Source: Squalus acanthias (Eukaryota). Taken from it: a stretch of DNA of 64,000 nucleotides. The number at the start of each line of letters is the position of its first letter. The first letter of the stretch is position 1. The notes under the pieces were generated by a model. It searched no databases, was not told the origin of the DNA, and saw only the letters and a list, made by a program, of their open reading frames with translations. The translations under genes and the position numbers were made by a program. Positions 12,108 through 21,660 of this stretch are shown piece after piece. The DNA lies in NCBI GenBank assembly GCA_030390025.1, contig CM059432.1:57290001-57354000 (forward strand), read 5' to 3'.

Positions 12108-15044
12108 ATGCAGTCAGAAACAAATGTTAGAAGGGTGAGAAACAATAGGGGAAGGCCGAGTAAACAAAGGCAAGAAACACAAAGGGCCATACTAAATCAT
12201 AAGTCTAAAAGGACAAAGGATGTTAATAAAACAAGCCTAAAGGCTCTGTGTCTTAATGTAAGGAGTATCCGTAATAAGGTGGATGAATTGACTGTGCAAA
12301 TAGATGTTAACGGATACGATGTGATTGGGATTACAGAGACGTGGCTCCAGAACAATCAAGGCTGGGAACTGAACATCCAGGGGTATTCAACATTCAGAAA
12401 GGATAGAATAAAAGGAAAAGGGGGTGGGGTAGCATTGCTGGTTAAAGAGGAGATTAATGCAATAGCTAGGAAGGACATCAGCTTGGAGGATGTGGAATCA
12501 ATATGGGTTGAGCTGCAGAACACCAAAGGGCAGAAAACGTTAGTGGGAGTTGTGTACAGACCTCCAAACAGCAGTAGTGAGGTGGGGGAGGGTATGAAAC
12601 AGGAAATCAGAGGTGCGTGCAAAAAAGGCACGGCAGTTATCATGGGTGACTTTAATATGCATATAGATTGGGCTACTCAAACTGGAAGCAATACGGTGGA
12701 GGAGGATTTCCTGGAGTGTTTAAGGGATGGTTTCCTAAACCAATATGTTGAGGAACCAACTCGAGGGGAGGCCATCCTGGACTGGGTGTTGTGTAATGAA
12801 GAGGGACTAATCAGCAATCTTGTGGTACGAGGCCCCCTGGGGAAGAGTGACCATAGTATGGTGGAGTTCTACATTAGGATGGAGAAGGAAACAGTTAAGT
12901 CAGAGACCATGGTCCAGAACTTAAATAAGGGCAACTTTGAGGGTATGAGGCGTGAATTGGCGAGGTTAAATTGGCAAGCGATATTTAAGGGGCTATCAGT
13001 GGAAGGGCAATGGCAGACATTTAGAGATCGCATGGATGAACTACAACAATTGTACATCCCGGTCTGGCATAAAAATAAAAAAGGGAAGGTGGCTCAACCA
13101 TGGCTAACAAGGGAAATCAGGGATAGTATTAAAACCAAGGAAGTTGCATACAAATTGGCCAGAAGTAGCAGCAAACCCGGGGACTGGGAGAACTTCAAAA
13201 CTCAGCAGAGGAGGACGAAGGGTTTGATTAGGGCAGGGAAAATAAAATATGAAAGGAAGCTTGCAGAGAACATTAAAATGGACTGCAAAAGCTTCTATAA
13301 ATATGTAAAAAGAAAGAGGTTAGTAAAAACAAACGTAGGTCCCCTGCAGTCGGAAACAGGGGAAGTCGTAATGGGGAACAAGGAAATGGCAGATCAATTG
13401 AACAAGTACTTTGGTTCGGTGTTTACTGTGGAGGACACACACAACCTGCCGGAAATAAAAGGGGTCAGAGGATCTGGTAAGAGGGAGGAGCTGAGGGAAA
13501 TCCTTATTAGTCGGGAAAAGGTATTGGGGAAATTGATGGGACTGAAGGCTGAAAAATCCCCGGGGCCTGATGGTCTGCATCCCAGAGTACTTAAGGAGGT
13601 GGCCTTGGAAATAGTGGATGCATTGACGATCATTTTCCAACATTCCTTAGACTCTGGATCAGTTCCGATGGAGTGGAGGGTGGCCAATGTAACCCCTCTT
13701 TTTAAAAAAGGAGGGAGGGAGAAAGCAGGGAATTATAGACCGGTCAGCCTGACATCGGTCGTGGGTAAAATGATGGAAGCAATTATTAAAGATGTCATAA
13801 CAGACCATTTGGAAAGTGGTGACATGATAGGTCCAAGTCAGCATGGATTTGTGAAAGGGAAATCATGCTTGACAAATCTTCTGGAATTTTTTGAGGATGT
13901 TTCCAATAGGGTGGACAGGGGGGAACCAGTAGATGTGGTGTATTTGGACTTTCAGAAGGCCTTCGACAAGGTCCCACACAAGAGATTGGTGAGCAAAGTT
14001 AAAGCACATGGGATTGGGGGTAATGTGTTGACGTGGATTGAGAACTGGTTGGCACACAGGAAACAAAGAGTAGGAGTAAATGGGTACTTTTCAGAATGGC
14101 AGGCAGTGACCAGCGGGGTACCGCAGGGTTCGGTGCTGGGACCCCAGCTGTTTACATTATATATTAATGATTTGGACGAAGGGATTAAATGTAATATCTC
14201 CAAATTTGCGGATGACACTAAATTGGGAGGCAGTGTGAACAATGAGGAGGATGCTAGGAGGCTACAGAGTGACTTGGACAGGTTGGGTGAATGGGCAAAT
14301 GTATGGCAGATGAAGTACAATGTGGATAAATGTGAGGTTATCCACTTTGGTGGTAAAAATAGAGAGGCGGACTATTACCTGAATGGTGGCAGATTAGGGA
14401 AAGGGGACGTGCAACGAGACCTGGGCGTCATGGTACATCAGTCACTGAAGGTGGGAATGCAAGTGCAGCAGGCAGTCAAGAAAGCAAACGGAATGATGGC
14501 CTTCATAGCAAGGGGATTTGAGTACAGGAGTAGGGAGGTGATGATACAGTTGTACAGGGCTTTGGTGAGGCCACACCTGGAGTATTGTGCGCAGTTTTGG
14601 TCTCCTAACTTAAGGAAGGACATTCTTGCTATTGAGGGAGTGCAGCGAAGGTTCACTAGATTGATTCCTGGGATGGCCGGACTGACATATCAAGAAAGAT
14701 TGGGTCAACTGAACTTGTATCCTCTGGAGTTCAGAAGAATGAGGGGGGATCTTATAGAGACATTTAAAATCCTGACTGGTTTAGACAAATTAGATGCGGG
14801 CAGAATGTTCCCAATGGTAGGGAAAACTAGAACCAGGGGTCACAGTCTAAGGATTAAGGGGAAGCCATTTAGGACTGAGCTGAGGAGGAACTTCTTCACC
14901 CAGAGAGTGGTGAATCTATGGAATTCTCTTCCACAGAAGGTTGTTGAGGCCAGTTCGCTAAATATATTCAAAAGGGAGTTAGATATAACACTCACAACTA
15001 AGGGGATCAAGGGGTATGGCGAGAAAGCAGGAATGGGGTACTGA
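12108..15044 (+). CDS. CR1 ORF2p (APE endonuclease plus reverse transcriptase), intact, 978 aa
   Basis: LNVRS, ITETW, YRPP, GDFN, SDH; RT motifs YLDFQKAFD, GVPQGSVLGP, FADD. No stops; frame is open from 12051. Confidence 0.97.
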   Translation: MQSETNVRRVRNNRGRPSKQRQETQRAILNHKSKRTKDVNKTSLKALCLNVRSIRNKVDELTVQIDVNGYDVIGITETWLQNNQGWELNIQGYSTFRKDRIKGKGGGVALLVKEEINAIARKDISLEDVESIWVELQNTKGQKTLVGVVYRPPNSSSEVGEGMKQEIRGACKKGTAVIMGDFNMHIDWATQTGSNTVEEDFLECLRDGFLNQYVEEPTRGEAILDWVLCNEEGLISNLVVRGPLGKSDHSMVEFYIRMEKETVKSETMVQNLNKGNFEGMRRELARLNWQAIFKGLSVEGQWQTFRDRMDELQQLYIPVWHKNKKGKVAQPWLTREIRDSIKTKEVAYKLARSSSKPGDWENFKTQQRRTKGLIRAGKIKYERKLAENIKMDCKSFYKYVKRKRLVKTNVGPLQSETGEVVMGNKEMADQLNKYFGSVFTVEDTHNLPEIKGVRGSGKREELREILISREKVLGKLMGLKAEKSPGPDGLHPRVLKEVALEIVDALTIIFQHSLDSGSVPMEWRVANVTPLFKKGGREKAGNYRPVSLTSVVGKMMEAIIKDVITDHLESGDMIGPSQHGFVKGKSCLTNLLEFFEDVSNRVDRGEPVDVVYLDFQKAFDKVPHKRLVSKVKAHGIGGNVLTWIENWLAHRKQRVGVNGYFSEWQAVTSGVPQGSVLGPQLFTLYINDLDEGIKCNISKFADDTKLGGSVNNEEDARRLQSDLDRLGEWANVWQMKYNVDKCEVIHFGGKNREADYYLNGGRLGKGDVQRDLGVMVHQSLKVGMQVQQAVKKANGMMAFIARGFEYRSREVMIQLYRALVRPHLEYCAQFWSPNLRKDILAIEGVQRRFTRLIPGMAGLTYQERLGQLNLYPLEFRRMRGDLIETFKILTGLDKLDAGRMFPMVGKTRTRGHSLRIKGKPFRTELRRNFFTQRVVNLWNSLPQKVVEASSLNIFKRELDITLTTKGIKGYGEKAGMGY

Positions 15045-15143
15045 GGTAGCATGTTCAGCCATGAACGCATTGAATGGCGGTGCAGGCTCGAAGGACCGAA
15101 TGGTCTACTCCTGTACCTATTTTCTATGTTTCTATGTTTCTAT

Positions 15144-15340
15144 GAATTCGTTCCCAGCCATCCTGGCCACCTTCCCTTGTGGAAATAGGTGGTGGTCTCC
15201 TCAGCCTCTCGCCTTCCGGTCCCATCCACCGCGATGGGGGCCGTGTCCCCGGAGCATCCAAACACCACGACATCCTTGGTGCGGCCTCGATAGGCCAATC
15301 CACATCCAAATGCCGCGAGCACTACCAGAATCCGTTCCAT
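15144..15340 (-). CDS. env: Envelope glycoprotein N-terminus with signal peptide
   Basis: MERILVVLAAFGCGLA after a strong Kozak ATG (aggATGg). Joins the C-terminal part in frame as ..WLGTNS|STSGF.. once the CR1 and one GAAT copy are removed. An upstream in-frame ATG exists at 15451. Confidence 0.8.
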
Positions 15341-15642
15341 CCTTCCTTGGTTCCTGTGATCAGATAGAATGAGGTAGCCAGCCTCCCAAGAGTCTCTGGC
15401 TTTTGTGAAGGGTGAGCGGGTCCCCTGACCTCGCCTCACGTAAGAAGACATGTGCGCTGGATAGACTTTAACTATTCCTATTTCTAACTCCCATCATTTT
15501 ACCATTTTCTGTTAAAAAATTAAACTACAAACTTAACCTGATTTAAAACTATAAACTTAAACTTATAAACTTATAAACTCATCCTAAACTTATCACTTAT
15601 CTTAATAACTGTAGAGTGCCGCCCGTTCCCAGGGCGGCCTAC

Positions 15643-16685
15643 TCAAATTCTGCGGTTGCTGCCGCAGGCTTCTCCCAACGGTGGGAGGGCATTGACCCCT
15701 CCCTTTGATCTGCCGCAGCCTGTTGCTGCTGCGCTGTGACTGGGCTCTCCCTGGGCTGCCTTAGCCCTGGGCCTACGCTTAGGGACATACGGGGGACTTA
15801 CCCACATCTTTCTGGGCTGGGGTTTCCGACTTGACCTACGGGGAACTACCGGGGGCAGGAACTCCAGGACTGACGGACCGGGTTCCGAGACTTCCACCGT
15901 GGCGACCTGTGGTCCCACCACAGTCGCTGGCTCCGCCTCCCCTAACTCCGCCTCCCTGAACTCGGGATCTGCAGCTTGTGGCACCACCCTACTTGGCCCA
16001 GTAGGCGGCCCTTCACTCGCAGTCCCTACCTCCCTCGAGGGCAAGACGTTCAAGGCGGGCGGCTCGGGCTCTGAGGCTTCCATCGCCACGCCCTGTGGTC
16101 CCACCACAGCGCTGGCTCCGCCTCCCCTAGCTCCGCCCCCCTGCGTTCGGGACCTGCAGCTTCGGCCTCCACCCTGTGTGGATCTCTATCTGCAGCCCCT
16201 GTCTCCCCTATACCTGAATCGGGGGCGACCCTTTCGTCCTCCGATTCCAGCTCCTCTTCGCTTGTGTCACTATCTTGGTCGAGCTTCTCGAACTCTTCCT
16301 CATCTGGCTCCCAACCCAAATAAAGGATCCTACATTTTGCTAGGATGTCCTCTCCCCTGATGCAGGCTGCTTTGCCTGCCTGTGTGCCCTGTGGCCCTAC
16401 CCGGGGCTGCGAGTCCCCACTCGCAGGTTTGGCCCCTGTGGTTGGCCCTTGTGCACCCGGCTTATGCAGTTTGCACTGATTAAAATCCTCATACTCCCTG
16501 CTTCTGGCTACCCTGTAGGCTGCCTTTATCTCTCTAAGCTGCCCTTCTAGCACGTCTATTTTTCCCATTAAACGGGCGTTCTCCTCCCGCAAGGCCTGCT
16601 CTTTTAACCTGGCCTCCTTACAGGAGACCCCCTCCTGTGCGTTTCTTTTAAAAGGACACAGGTAGGCAGGCTGCGTGGGCTCTAG
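15643..16685 (-). pseudogene. Non-pol ORF in the gag readthrough frame (Gag-like coiled coil, acidic stretch, Pro/Glu repeats); one 1-nt frameshift; about 347 aa if repaired
   Basis: In frame with gag after TGA-CTAG. ORFs 16050-16592 and 15643-16107 join when the base missing at 16109/16110 (present in the sister repeat) is restored. Confidence 0.7.
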
Positions 16686-18508
16686 TCATTGGGTACTGTT
16701 GGACGGGGCTGCGGCATCTGCGGGGCCGGTAGCGACTGCCACCCTTCCTTGCGAAATCATGAGGGTGCGCATGGCTCCCAACATTGATTCGATCGCATCG
16801 GGATGGATAGTTGCACCAGCTCCCCTATCAGAAACAGGCGCCTAGGCTCGGACTGCGGGATTTTTATCCCTGGACTCCTTCCAAGGATTCCTGCAGTTCT
16901 TGCGCCAGTGCCCTGTCTTTCCGCATCCGAAACAAGCATTACTGGCCTGTGGGACGCGATTTCCCTCCTGATGCCACTCCTTTTGAGCCGGGGCTGTGGG
17001 CCGCGCCTCATGCACCTTTCCCTTAAGGGGACGTGCTCCCGTACTCCTGGTATTACGGTACCCTACCGTGAGTCGATTTAGGACCGACTCCTCTGTAGTG
17101 GCGGGGTTAGTGGGATCAAACCACGCTTTGGCCTGCTCCCTGACGGCTGGCAAACTGTTGGCTACTACACACCTGAGCCAATGAGTTAAACCGACGCCGT
17201 TCAAATAGGCGCGCTCTGGCGCACCTGGGCAGCTACGCTGGTATACTGGCCACAGCCTGTCGGCGAAAACCTTCGGGGGTTCTCCCTCCATCTGCACTGT
17301 TTGTCCCAATCTAACGAACGGACCTTCATCGTCCGCTCCCAACACTTCCAGGACCTCGTCCCTCAATTCCCCATAAGTGTTATTTCCCCTCTTGCTCTCG
17401 TCTGAGAGACACTGAAGGATCGAGCTGTCTAATGAGAACAACAGCATTTTTGCTTTTCCCCCATCGTCGCAGCCGTTAATGGCTGCGGTTTGTTCTACCT
17501 CCCTGAAATGTATGGAAGGGTCGTCTGACTCGGACAGCTTCCGTACGTGACTGATCATAGCCCTCAGCTGGTGTGAGCTGTGAGGCAACACAAGCTGGTT
17601 GAGGAGATTCCCCGCTTCCCCATCGTCTTTGTTCGGGCCCCTTTTGATACCCGTAACCGGACACAACGGTCCCGGCTTCACTTCTACCTCAGGGGGCTGT
17701 ACTACCTCGGGGACCTCTTCCTCTACTTCTACCACTTCCTTCCTTACCCAGGTTGCCGAATAGCTGGGTGGCGCGGAGGGCACAGTGGCAAATACCTCCT
17801 CTGCCTTGTTCGGTGGGGATTTCTGAAATTCCCCACCCACCAGCGGCTGGTGTGCTGACGGGCTGATAAGGCACACCATGCCGTGCGCTTTATTCAGGGC
17901 CTCTTTAAGGTTCCCTATCTCTCTTTGGCAGACGCTGTGATCGGCCCCCTCATGTTTATCCTCGAGGGCCATCTTATATGCCGCCCTAACCCCCGTTAAG
18001 CTCTCTTCCTGGGCTTTTATTTGGGCAGCTAGGCGGGCACATCGTTCCTTTATTCTGCCCTCATTTAACTTTGCCTCAGTGACCTGGCACTCGAGGTAAT
18101 CTATTTTCGCCTCATGGTGGTTGGCGACTAACTGGCGTTCTTGATGCAACGCATTTAAAGACGCGATGAGCTGCTGCCCCCCCGCGACCTTCTCGTCCAT
18201 TTCCACCTCTAAACCCTTGATCTGAGCTGCCTGCGCTAAGATGACCTGGTCCGAAAACTGGACTTGTCTTTTATAGCACATCAGCCAGACCGCTTTCTCT
18301 ACTGTTCTTTTATGTTCCTTGCTACCTGTCCACCTCACGGCTGCCTCTAGTGGACGCTTATCCACCAGCAGGTCACTTATCCATTTCTTAGTGAAATTCA
18401 CTTTTCCAAACACATATCTGCTATTCTCTCTTCCATAACATTTCGCCCATTCATACCAGGGTCTAACACATTATTTTCTCGCTGCCAGTGTCCCTTCGTG
18501 GTCGCCAT
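16686..18508 (-). pseudogene. gag: Gag (coiled coil, capsid-like region, CCHC zinc knuckle); about 607 aa if repaired
   Basis: CFGCGKTGHWRKNC knuckle. The ATG at 18508 opens MATTKGHWQRENNV...MCLEK, one base out of frame with ORF 16842-18413 near 18402-18405. TAG at 16842-16844 is followed by 51 open codons to TGA at 16686-16688. Confidence 0.82.
18490..18507 (-). promoter_or_regulatory. Primer-binding site, tRNA-Arg(TCG)
   Basis: TGGCGACCACGAAGGGAC, 5 nt inside the 5' LTR; complementary to the vertebrate tRNA-Arg(TCG) 3' end ...GTCCCTTCGTGGTCG-CCA (recalled sequence). Confidence 0.85.
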
Positions 18509-18512
18509 TATC

Positions 18513-20146
18513 TGTAAGGGGTGACCTGCGGCTCTGTGCTTAGCCTGGGTGCTAGTGCGGGGTTAGGCCTTGTTGCCTGCTCTGGTCTCCAGCCAGCCTG
18601 GTAATACTAGACACCTGTGAGTGGTTCGACCCACTCGCCCTTACGGTTCTGACACTGGACTTAGGTGCGAGAGCAATAATGCAGAGAAGACTCAGGTAGA
18701 CCCGGTTGAATATGCGAAATGGAAAATCTTTATTGCATATTATTCAAGATTACGAGATACATGTCATAAGCACAGATTAACGACAGTACAATCTTACACA
18801 CAGTTATGAAACTAATTTTAGGGAAACGAGGAGCGCACGACACATCGTAAAAGGGGACACACATTATAATTATCCTTAAAACTTAAACCCTCCCCTATCA
18901 ATACCTGTCCTAATCTAGATTTGTAGGATCGAGACTCATGCTCACCACTCGGGACAATTCGGAGGATTCTAAATCGATGTTCGGATGCTTTCGCCACCGC
19001 ACCTGACCACTCACGTGTTGGTCAAGGGTCTCTGCGCCTCACTTGTTTACTCGTTTCTGCTCCGGCTAGTAGGCTGGACCGCCTGCGGCCATGAAGATCT
19101 GTGTTGGTTTTCAGAGTTCGGACACCCCTCAAAGAAGAGTCTTCCTGTGCCCTCACCGGTTCGATAGAACTCGAAGAAGGGTCTTCCTAGGCCAGTTGTG
19201 GAGTAGCCGATAAAATTCGAAGAAGTGTTTATTCGACTTACAGGTGCGGTCGGGGCTTACTGACCGTGGCGATACGTATTGTCGTCTTCTTCTCTTCTCA
19301 TCTCATCTCATCTCATCTCATCTCCTCTCGGGCCTTCGGTTCCAACACCGTTTACCGACTTCTCGGGATGGTGCGCCCGCTTCCAGGCCTCACAGCCCAG
19401 TTCTCCACAGATCTTCGCGGCAAGCCACGAGGTTGATCCTAGCGGATCAGAGTCCAGAGCCGTCAGGCAAGAGAATAAAAGTTCAGCAGCCTTCCAGCGA
19501 GTCAAAGCAGCAAGAGAAAGATGGACGGTTGTACCTTACAGTTATAGTGCTGTAATTCCTCTTTTCCCGCCCAATCTTAATGTCTATCTTTTGTCAGGGT
19601 TTTGGCGCTCAAACTTCTTGTATGGGGTGATCTCAGTCTTTAATGGGTTTCGGTGACACTTGTAACTGTCTGAGTACCCGTTAATATTTCTCCCATTGTG
19701 GAACCGGCTAGTAGTCTCCCTGGAGGGGTTTTGGGGCTTCCAAATGCTTGCTGTGAGTACCCGCAAACGACTCTCTCATCGTAGAGTCGTGGGGATTTTG
19801 CATATTAATGTCTTTGGATGGGTCCTTGATCGCTCAGTACAATAGCCCTTGTTTGCACCTGGGAGACCGATTTCAGTATTCATGTTTAAAGTGTAAACCC
19901 ATCGTGTCTTGTCATTATCTCATCATGTTGGATCTTTTCGATCTTGCACAAATGTTTATTGGAACGCCATCTTGTCTGCCTACTGAAAGTCTAGAACTTT
20001 CTGCCACGAGGCGTGGCGGCCATTTTACAGGCTGTTTGTGTCCGTTTTGAAACCTGACAGCATTCTGCTGAAATAAAGCTGTTTATACGAAACTTTATGT
20101 CTCCTTCTTATTTTTATAAAATCGCGATAATTTTGCGAATTCTACA
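18513..20146 (-). repeat. 5' LTR (1634 bp)
   Basis: Copy of 5430-7063, adjacent to the PBS. Confidence 0.97.
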
Positions 20147-20777
20147 GAGGGTTTGAGTACAGGAACAAGGATGTCTTGCTGCAGTTGTACAGGGCCTTGG
20201 TGAGACCACATCTTGAGTATTGTGTGCAGTTTTGGTCGCCTTATCTGAGGAAGGAGGTTCTTGCCATGGAAGGAGTTCAGCGAAGATTCACCAGACTGAT
20301 ACCTGGGATGGCAGGAATGACGTATGAGGAGAGATTGGGTCGATTGGGCTTATACTCGCTGGAGTTTAGAAAAATGAGAGGGCATCTCATTGAAACTTAT
20401 AAAATTCAGACAGGACTGGACAGACTAGATGCAGGAAGGATGTTCCCGATGGTCGGGGAGTCCAGAACCAGGGGTCACAGTCTAAGGATAAGGGGTAAGC
20501 CATTTAGGACAGAAATGAGGAGGAATTTCTTCACCCAGAGAATGGTGAACCTGTGGAATTCTCTACCACAGAAGGCAGTAGAGGCCAATTCATTAAATAT
20601 ATTCAAGAAGGAGGTGGATATATTTCTTAAGGCTAAAGGGATCAAGGGATATGGAGAGAAAGCAGGGACAGGGTTCTGAATTTGGATGATCAGCCATGAT
20701 CGCATTGAATGGCAGAGCAGGCTAGAGGGGCCGAATGGCCTACTCCTGCTCTATCTTCTATGTTTCTATGTTTCTAT
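20147..20777 (+). mobile_element. CR1 ORF2 3' part and tail (continuation of 3541-5429)
   Basis: GFEYRNKDVLLQLYRALVRPHLEYCVQFWSP; (TTTCTATG)n tail. Confidence 0.95.
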
Positions 20778-21660
20778 TACCTAAGCTAAGTGGTGTGACT
20801 GCCTCCTGGGTTAAAATGACGAAGAAACTGTCTTCCTCCCAGATGCATCACATTGGCCCAGATATTCTGATCCCTACGGGTGGGTACGTGCTGTGTACCC
20901 ACCTGTAGGGACATCGGAAATGCTGGTTTCAGGTATGCACTGCACATGCGCTGAAAACCGGCATTTCCGATCTGTCAAGAATGGTCTTGACAGATCCTCC
21001 GGCTGCCCTGGAGAAGGGCCTCTGCAGAAAACCCTTACAATTCTTATGCCTGGTAAAAGCAGGCATAAGGCCTGCTTTTACCAGGATAAGAGTTGAAAAA
21101 AGAAAATAAAAATTTTTTTTTTTTAAAAATACTTTAAAAAAAGGTAAGTTTATTTTTAGCCCCGTAAAAAACTTTAATTAATTTTTTCAAAAAATATATT
21201 TTTTTAAAAAATACTTAATTTATTGTAATTTCAAGTCATTTTAAAAATGTGATTTTTTAAAAATTTATTTAAAGTTTTACTATGTTTTTTCATTGATCTC
21301 CATTCATATATTTGACAGATCTTCCTGTCAAATGTATGAAGGGAGATTCCCTTCTGTGATTGGCTCCCCATGGCCCACGTGATCCCAGGGACGCTGCGAA
21401 CTACATGCGCCCCTGGGATACGTGGGCCCCTGCGCACTTGGAGTTTGGTGAGGCCCAGGAGCGGAGCGTGTGCGTCCCAGGAGCCCTCAGGTGAGGGCGT
21501 AGATTTTTCCAGATCACAGGCCTCTGCCCGCGGGAGGCCTGCAATTGGAAACTTTGGGCCAACATCTGCACCTTGGACTCCAGCTGAACAACTCTGAGTC
21601 GAAGTTCCTCGAGTTGCAGTCACAGCAACCAAAAGTGCAACTTTTCATGTTGCGTAAATG
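20778..21660 (-). mobile_element. CR1 ORF1 N-terminal remnants (continuation of the ORF1 piece at 3380-3540), split by a MITE
   Basis: Minus-strand peptides LQLEELRLRVVQLESKVQM and TQEAVTPL resemble the CR1 ORF1 N-terminus. Confidence 0.6.
20855..21560. mobile_element. Harbinger-type MITE, family 2, copy 1
   Basis: TIR GGCCCAGATATTC / GAAACTTTGGGCC; colinear with 23654-24411. Confidence 0.8.

Larger units (their letters stand above)
10555..15143 (+). mobile_element. Full-length CR1 LINE inserted antisense into env
   Basis: 5'UTR, uninterrupted ORF1 and ORF2, (TTTCTATG)n tail; flanked by GAAT at 10551-10554 and 15144-15147. Confidence 0.95.
5430..20146 (-). mobile_element. Endogenous LTR retroelement/provirus, pol-less, env-bearing (lokiretrovirus-like by Env layout)
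   Basis: TG...CA LTRs at both ends, GAGG TSD (5426-5429 and 20147-20150), PBS, polypurine tract, gag and env on the minus strand. No protease, RT or integrase motifs outside the nested CR1. Confidence 0.93.

Noticed and set aside
12108..15044. RT ORF as the pol gene of the LTR element
   Set aside because: Opposite strand, APE endonuclease plus CR1-type RT, with its own tail and flanking duplication; it belongs to the nested LINE.
16842..16844. TAG as the natural gag stop or a gammaretrovirus-type readthrough site
   Set aside because: The frame stays open for 51 codons to a TGA in a much better readthrough context, so a premature stop is more likely. Not excluded without other copies.
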